Made by a program: the position numbers and the translations under genes
Part shown: positions 58,175-64,000 of the stretch, piece after piece
Numbering within the stretch: the first letter of the stretch is position 1
Layout of the letters: each line of letters opens with the position of its first letter
The notes under the pieces: model-generated
What the model was told of the DNA's origin: nothing
The model's database searches: none
What the model saw: the letters and a program-made list of their open reading frames with translations, nothing else
Assembly: GCA_965242695.1 (NCBI GenBank)
Contig: CBDESU010000001.1
Location: 256,001-320,000, forward strand
Direction: 5' to 3'
DNA from: Cenarchaeum sp.
GTDB taxonomy: Archaea; Thermoproteota; Nitrososphaeria; Nitrososphaerales; Nitrosopumilaceae
Length of the DNA stretch: 64,000 bases

Positions 58175-61100
58175 TCACGGCATACGGTAGCCTGCTGGCG
58201 CCGCGGCAAGCCTGCCGTACGCGGCCGCGCAGGCGGCCGCGATGCACGCGGCCACAAGGTACGGGACGGACGCCTCTGCGTACGACACGGCCGCCCCGTA
58301 CGCCCGCTCGGCCGCCGACTCTGCCGCGCCCTGTGAGCGGCCGCCGTCTGGTGGATCTGCGCCGAGGGACAGCGACGCGCTGCCGCCCCATGCGTTGGTT
58401 GCCTCAACTGCCGCGCCGCCCTCGCCCGCGATGCGCACCTCGCAGTACGGGCGGCACGGCACCTCTCCCGCGCCGCCGCCGAGACGAATCCCGTCCAGCC
58501 GCTGGGCCGGCGCGTACGGGGCGCCGTCGACGCGCAGCTCGGCTATCGGGCCAAACCACTCGGCGGCGCGCACCCTTGCGACGTACGGCGAGGGCGCGCC
58601 CGGCTCTTCCACGATGCCGCCGGGCGACGGCCCGACGGCGAACTCGTACTCGACCGGAGATGAGAATGCGTGCGGCCCGACGTGGACGGACGCAGCGCGG
58701 CCGTCCCCCGCGGACACTGCGAGATCGTACGGGGGCGGCGAGCCGAGGGCGGCCGCCTCGCCGTACCTGCCGGAGACCGTCTCGAGGGAGGGCGCGCCGG
58801 CCGCCTCGGCCGCCGCCTGCCAGATCATCCGGTCCGCCGCCGGCGCGACAAGCGCATGCCCGATGCCGACGGTGCCGGATGCGGAGCCGTTTCCAACCGC
58901 GCGGTTCGACGCGTCGTGCATGTCGCCTGCATACGCCGCCGCAAACGCCGCAGACGGGAACGGGCCCGCGGACAATGCGGCGGCAGCCTCCCCCCGCGGG
59001 CCGGCGAGCGCAATGGATGCGGCATCGGCCGCGGCCGGCGCGCACCCTCGCACGGCCCACTCGGACAGCGCAAACTCGCTGCCGGCGCACATGGCGGTTC
59101 GGATGCGCGAGTGGCCGCCGGACACAAGGGCCCCGTTGAGTCCAACCCCTCCGCACTCGACCGAGGCCTGCGGCACGCCGAATATTGCGCCCGTGCCGTC
59201 GTCTATGTCGTACACGGCGCCCGAGCCGCGCGGGCACACGGCGCGCGCGGCCGCATCGGCGACTGCCGCCGGAGCTCCGCCGCCGTTCCCGCCAGGCGGC
59301 TCGACGAGCGCAAGGCCGTACCGCGCCCCGTCGATCTCGATCGACGAGGCCGTCGCATCTGACGTTACGGTGCCGGCGCGGGCGCCGGCGCCTGGCACCG
59401 GCGGCAGCCCCTCGGTACGCAGCGCCGCGGTCCGCTCCAGGTGGCCGAGCATGAACGCGGCGAGCGGGACGGGCCTTGCCGCCCCTCCCTCCGCCGGCGC
59501 GAGCGCGGCCTCTACGCGCACGCCCGCGGCCGGCCTCCTTTCGCCCCCTGCCGACTCTAGAGCCGTCGCGTTGAGCTCGGCCGAGACGTGGGCGGCGGGG
59601 TAAGAGTACGCGTACGATGCAAGCTGCGTCGCGGTGCGGCCGCCAAACATCCTCGACTCTACGGTGGCGTTGAGTACGATGCCGCCGGGCGCGGCCGATG
59701 CGCCGCCGCCTGCCTCTGCCGCGCCTGGCGGCCCGGGCGGGTCGTGGCCGAGCAGCACCCTTGCAATTCCGGCGCCGCCGATCACGGCGGTCGCATTGCC
59801 GCCCACGGGCGCCCCCAGCATCACAAGCGAGACCGGCGCACTCTTATCCTCCCACGGCCCGCGGGCGCGCTCGGGCAGCGAGGCGAGCGCGCCAAGCGGG
59901 GCAGATGCGGCCACATCGGCGAGGCCCGCGGCGCCGCGCAGCGACATTGCCGAGTGCGCCGCGCCGGGCACCGGCATGCCGCCGTGCCCGGCCAGCCCGT
60001 ACTCGATGTCGGCCTCGGCCGCGCTCACCTTGCTGCGCCGGCCCTGGTGGGCCGTCCACTCGCCCTCGCCGTCCATGCCGAGCGACCCCTCGTACCGCAG
60101 CGCAAGCGCGTGCATCTTTTCAAGCGTCGTATGGCCGGGCCCGGCAAGGGCCGTGTACGCTAGGGCCGCCGAGTACCACGGCGCGTACGGCACGACGCGA
60201 ATTTTGGCGTCGATGGACGCCTCGGCCCCCTCGACCGCCCTGCCGATGTTGAGCAGCTTGATCTCGTACCTGACCGTGTGGCTGCCGGTCGATCCGGCAT
60301 CCGGCCGGAACACGTCGAGCCGGTCGCCGTTGGCCGACCGCACCGGCGTGTCCGACATGTGCGTTCTGCCGTCGCCGGCGGCCACGTCGCACAAGGGCGC
60401 GCCCGAGCACGAGTGCGTGAATATGTCGGGGAGCGGCGCCGGCCCGCGCTCAACCTCAAACGAGAGCGTCCCGTGCCTCTCGGCGCCGAACAGCACGCTA
60501 GGCCGGACGTGCACCGACGGCAGGTCCCACTCGTAGTACGTGCCGTCGGCGTTGGCCGAGGGGTGGCCGTCCAGGTCGAGGATGGGCGGCCTTTCAACGG
60601 CTACGACTACGATCGGCTCGGCTATCGCGGCCGGCACGAGCGCCGCGCGCTCGACGCGGACCGCGCGGTGCGCGTGCTCGTATGCGGGGTCGTGCCTTAC
60701 CTGGAGGGCCGAGACTGCAAGGCCGACGCGCTCTTCCTGCCGCGCGCACTCGTCGACGGTCATGTCCGCGACGGATGCGGACGCATTCCACGCGCCGCCG
60801 GACAGCGAGATTCTCTTGAGGGACGGGTGCGCCTCCCACTCTGCGCGGGTAGGCGATCCTGCCCCGCCGGCGATCGGGCCGTTCGGCGGCCCGTGCAACG
60901 GCGCGAGCAGGCCGGGCATGCGGGATGCGATCACACCGGCAAGGCACTCGCGGCCGGCGTTCGATCGCGGCTCGACCTCTGCCCTCCCGAACACGCACCC
61001 GCTGCCGGCCGGCAGGCTTGAGCAGGCGGCCCGCACGGCCGCGGCAAACGCCGCCGCCGAGGCGGCATCCTCGGGCGCCCATGCGCGGGGCGGGCCGGGA

Positions 61101-61780
61101 GGCGCGCCGCCCGCTGTCGATACCGTCACAAGGTGCAGGTCGTGCGTTGATCGCACCTCGAAGCCGCGGTTGGGGCCGCCGTGCAGCCAGCGGTCGTGCA
61201 CGGCGCGCTCGCGCCCCGACATCGGGCCGTCAGACCTCACCGAGAACGACGGCGACTCGGCCGTATGCAGCCCGACCCTTTCGCACGAGTACACGCGGAT
61301 GTAGGGTATGGTCCGGCAGTCGTACCCGTCCCACCATACGCGAAAGTAGTGGTCGGTGCGCAGCCATGCGGCATCCAGCCCGTAGTGGACGGACGGGTGC
61401 GGCGAGGGATCGAGCCCGTCCGACGGGCCGGCGACCGACATTGCGCCGGCGGCCGAGTAGCGCCCCCTCGCCTCGACCGGCCCCGCGCGCAGCGAGTCGC
61501 ACGTTTCAAGGCCCGCGCCTCCCTGCCCGTACAGCCGCGACTCGTACCTGAAAAGGTAGTTGACGGCATCGCCCGGGTATACGGTCCCGTCGGGGTTGCG
61601 CCGGACCGAGCCGTTGTGGTACGCGGGGTATGCGGCGGCCGAGACGGATATGCTGCATGTGGTCTCGCCGTCGGCAAGGGCTGGGTGGACTGCAAGGGGA
61701 ATTGCCGCCGTGCCGGACAGGGCGGCAAGGGCCGTGCATGCGGCGACGGCGGCGGCAACGGCGGCGAAACCGGCCGTCAT
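58175..61780 (-). CDS. large (1201-aa) secreted protein with C-terminal TM anchor
   Basis: Signal peptide, two N.DGT.Y..D motifs, C-terminal VPYLVAACIAAAC. ATGA overlap with the upstream gene. Confidence 0.75.
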   Translation of the reverse strand: MTAGFAAVAAAVAACTALAALSGTAAIPLAVHPALADGETTCSISVSAAAYPAYHNGSVRRNPDGTVYPGDAVNYLFRYESRLYGQGGAGLETCDSLRAGPVEARGRYSAAGAMSVAGPSDGLDPSPHPSVHYGLDAAWLRTDHYFRVWWDGYDCRTIPYIRVYSCERVGLHTAESPSFSVRSDGPMSGRERAVHDRWLHGGPNRGFEVRSTHDLHLVTVSTAGGAPPGPPRAWAPEDAASAAAFAAAVRAACSSLPAGSGCVFGRAEVEPRSNAGRECLAGVIASRMPGLLAPLHGPPNGPIAGGAGSPTRAEWEAHPSLKRISLSGGAWNASASVADMTVDECARQEERVGLAVSALQVRHDPAYEHAHRAVRVERAALVPAAIAEPIVVVAVERPPILDLDGHPSANADGTYYEWDLPSVHVRPSVLFGAERHGTLSFEVERGPAPLPDIFTHSCSGAPLCDVAAGDGRTHMSDTPVRSANGDRLDVFRPDAGSTGSHTVRYEIKLLNIGRAVEGAEASIDAKIRVVPYAPWYSAALAYTALAGPGHTTLEKMHALALRYEGSLGMDGEGEWTAHQGRRSKVSAAEADIEYGLAGHGGMPVPGAAHSAMSLRGAAGLADVAASAPLGALASLPERARGPWEDKSAPVSLVMLGAPVGGNATAVIGGAGIARVLLGHDPPGPPGAAEAGGGASAAPGGIVLNATVESRMFGGRTATQLASYAYSYPAAHVSAELNATALESAGGERRPAAGVRVEAALAPAEGGAARPVPLAAFMLGHLERTAALRTEGLPPVPGAGARAGTVTSDATASSIEIDGARYGLALVEPPGGNGGGAPAAVADAAARAVCPRGSGAVYDIDDGTGAIFGVPQASVECGGVGLNGALVSGGHSRIRTAMCAGSEFALSEWAVRGCAPAAADAASIALAGPRGEAAAALSAGPFPSAAFAAAYAGDMHDASNRAVGNGSASGTVGIGHALVAPAADRMIWQAAAEAAGAPSLETVSGRYGEAAALGSPPPYDLAVSAGDGRAASVHVGPHAFSSPVEYEFAVGPSPGGIVEEPGAPSPYVARVRAAEWFGPIAELRVDGAPYAPAQRLDGIRLGGGAGEVPCRPYCEVRIAGEGGAAVEATNAWGGSASLSLGADPPDGGRSQGAAESAAERAYGAAVSYAEASVPYLVAACIAAACAAAYGRLAAAPAGYRMP

Positions 61781-64000
61781 GCCTTCCCCTTCCCTCTTCC
61801 GGCGCCGCTTGCCCTGGAGACGTTTCGGTCCCTGCGCGCCGGCCCCGGCTTGTCCTGCCGCTGCCGCGCGCCCCTGCCGGCGCGCGCCCCTGCCGCTGCT
61901 GGAGCCGATGGCGACCTTGACGGGGATGCGGACGGGGATGCGGCCTCCATCTCCGCCGCCGCCGCGCTGCGGATTGCATCCAGGGCGGCCTCGGCGGCCA
62001 CCCCGGCGGCGGCTTCGTCCGCATCGTCCTGGATCTTGAGCCCCTCAGCCGCAGCGCGGTCTCCTGCCGCCAAAGTCCCTGCCCCCGCCGCAGGCGGCAG
62101 CGCAGGAGGCGGAGGCGGCGGCGCTCCTGCGGACGGGCGCGACGCAGTGGGGCGCGACATGGCGCCTGCCGCGCCGCGGCCCCCGCCCCCTGCCGCGCCG
62201 CGGGGGGCGTCCCCGCCGGCGGCGCGCCCCCCAGCGGGGGCATCTTCCCGCGTGCCGAACTCTGCAGTGCCGCCACCGCCGGCGGCGCGCCCCGCGCCGC
62301 GGCGCGGACGGCTGCCGCGCTCCCGGTCGGGGGCGGCATCGGCGCCGTTATGCAAGGCGGCATCGCCAGTGTCCGCGCTGCCGCCGCCTCCGCCGCCCAG
62401 GCCGGGCAGAGCCGACTCGCCTGCCGGACATGCCGTGATCCGGTTCGCGCTGCCGCCGCCTCCGCCGTCCAGGCCAGGGCCGACACCCCCCGCAACCACC
62501 TCGGCCGAGTCCCACGCCCCCGCCTCTGCGCCCGCACCCTCCGCACTTCCCTCGGCCGAGTCCCACGCCCCCGCCTCCGCACCCGCGCCACCCGCACCCG
62601 AATAGTCGCGGTGCGGCCCCCCGTCCAATCCCGGATCGTCCTCCTCGATGCCATGTCCGCCGCCGCGTTCCCCACCTGGCCCCTTTCCAATCGGAACGAG
62701 GCCCCGAACCGCGCCCCACGCGCCGCGGCAGGCCGCCTCGGCCGCGTCGAGCGCCTGCGCGGCCCTGAGCCTGTACCCCGCGGCGCCCCGAAACACGGCA
62801 AGGACGGCGAGCATCCCAAAGGCGGCAAACACGGCGGCAGCGCCCGTGTGGTCCTCGCGATACCTTGCGGTCACGACCACATCGTCGGCCGCGGCAAACG
62901 ACGCCTCGGCCCCCTGCGCGTTCAGGCCGGCGGCAAGCGCCGCCGCCGCCTCTGCCCTGCCGGGGCCCGCCTCGACTCCCTGTCCTCCCGCCGGCCTCAC
63001 GTCCCACCCGTCCCACACGCTGCGTACCAGAAACGAGGCCACGTGCTCCTCGGGCGCGCGCACGAACGCCGCCTCGCCTGCCCTGACCGCCCCTCCCCCG
63101 ACGGCGCCGCCTGCGGCCTCGACGAGCACGGTCCGCGCGTATGTCGCGGAAAACACGTCCCCGTCGCCCGGCTCGGCCGTGACGGCGCTCGGCGCCTGCC
63201 CCGCTCCCGCGCCGCCGCGCGCGTGCTGCGCCCCCTCGCCGCCCCCGGCGCCGAGCACGCGCGCATCGACGAGCTCGTACGCGCGGTCGCCGTGCCGCGC
63301 CGTCCTGGGAAACTCGACCGTAACGGACTGCCGCTCCGCGGTCTCGCGGTGCGGGGTCGTCGCCGACCTCGGCTCCGCATCCGACGCCGTCGACAGCGCG
63401 ACGGGAACGGCAAGGTGCGCCCCCGTTCCGTCGCGCGCCTCGACCGCGTACGTAACGGACGCATCGACGGCAACGTCAAACCTGGCCGATGCGGCAGTCG
63501 AGCCGGGCGCGTCTGCGGCGACCGTGACCGAAAACAGCCCCGCCTGGTCGGGGCGCAGCACGACGGCGCGCCCGCCGCCGGCGATCTCGTGGGGGATGGC
63601 CGTATCGACGGCGACCGTTCCGGGCGGCGCGGCCGGAGGCGCCGGCGGCATGCTCACGTCGATGCGGTACTCTTCCCCGGCGCGCACCACGCCGCCAAAC
63701 CCCGCCTCTATCGATGGGGACTCTGTCCTGGCGTACGGCCGCACCTCTGCCGAGCCGTGGCCCGACCCGGAAAAGACGGACAGCCTGCCTGCGCCCCCGC
63801 ACACGAACAGCCGGCCGGCGATCGGGTGCCCCGACTCGCCGGCGCCCTCCCGAATGTCGCCGCCCGAGGCCGACAGGGCCGCTGCCGCCTCGGCCGCGCC
63901 CGCGGGGCGGCAGCCGCCGGACGCGTCGAACCCGGCGCCCGTCCCGTCCGGCCCGCCTGCCAGCAGGTCGGACGATGCCGGAAACACCTCGTGCGCCCTG
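61777..64000 (-). CDS. large membrane-anchored protein (5' end outside the window)
   Basis: Beta-rich extracellular part, TM helix (AAAVFAAFGMLAVLAVF), Gly/Ala-rich tail. Confidence 0.7.
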   Translation of the reverse strand, partial: RAHEVFPASSDLLAGGPDGTGAGFDASGGCRPAGAAEAAAALSASGGDIREGAGESGHPIAGRLFVCGGAGRLSVFSGSGHGSAEVRPYARTESPSIEAGFGGVVRAGEEYRIDVSMPPAPPAAPPGTVAVDTAIPHEIAGGGRAVVLRPDQAGLFSVTVAADAPGSTAASARFDVAVDASVTYAVEARDGTGAHLAVPVALSTASDAEPRSATTPHRETAERQSVTVEFPRTARHGDRAYELVDARVLGAGGGEGAQHARGGAGAGQAPSAVTAEPGDGDVFSATYARTVLVEAAGGAVGGGAVRAGEAAFVRAPEEHVASFLVRSVWDGWDVRPAGGQGVEAGPGRAEAAAALAAGLNAQGAEASFAAADDVVVTARYREDHTGAAAVFAAFGMLAVLAVFRGAAGYRLRAAQALDAAEAACRGAWGAVRGLVPIGKGPGGERGGGHGIEEDDPGLDGGPHRDYSGAGGAGAEAGAWDSAEGSAEGAGAEAGAWDSAEVVAGGVGPGLDGGGGGSANRITACPAGESALPGLGGGGGGSADTGDAALHNGADAAPDRERGSRPRRGAGRAAGGGGTAEFGTREDAPAGGRAAGGDAPRGAAGGGGRGAAGAMSRPTASRPSAGAPPPPPPALPPAAGAGTLAAGDRAAAEGLKIQDDADEAAAGVAAEAALDAIRSAAAAEMEAASPSASPSRSPSAPAAAGARAGRGARQRQDKPGPARRDRNVSRASGAGRGKGKA

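Larger units (their letters stand above)
29719..64000. mobile_element. putative integrative conjugative-like island (boundaries uncertain)
   Basis: Core genes stop after the dedA-like gene. T4SS-like and T4P-like genes, R-M and toxin cargo and duplications follow. No integrase or att site is seen. Confidence 0.55.

Overview
This is a very GC-rich archaeal window, most consistent with a Nitrososphaerota (Nitrosopumilaceae-like, plausibly host/sponge-associated) genome. The support is inferential: an Alba protein, a PEF-type C-terminal sorting motif, TATA boxes about 25 bp before leaderless starts, a stand-alone Lrp/AsnC protein and a giant repetitive surface protein. Positions 1-20 kb and 25.3-29.2 kb hold mostly core genes (YyaL-like, DsbA, FxLYD, Lrp, Alba with an RGG-rich tail, HTH regulator, 2121-aa surface protein, AsnB-like, YHS, UbiA-family, DUF2203, purK, DedA). 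Positions 20.2-25.3 kb are a lower-GC restriction-modification islet with an IS630 element whose ends can be read directly. From about 29.7 kb to the end is an accessory island. It combines T4SS-like genes (VirB4-like ATPase, VirB6-like and PrgI/VirB3-like membrane proteins) with type IV pilus-like genes (TadA/VirB11 ATPase, TadC-like platform, several pilin-like and large secreted proteins). Interleaved cargo includes two more R-M pairs, a HEPN-TPR gene with a duplicated TPR cassette, a YwgA/SocA-like pseudogene and an ADP-ribosyltransferase-like ORF. I recognised no tRNA, rRNA, integrase, relaxase or CRISPR array. All family assignments come from motif recognition by eye, not database searches. 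Several frameshifts sit in G-runs and may be sequencing errors.
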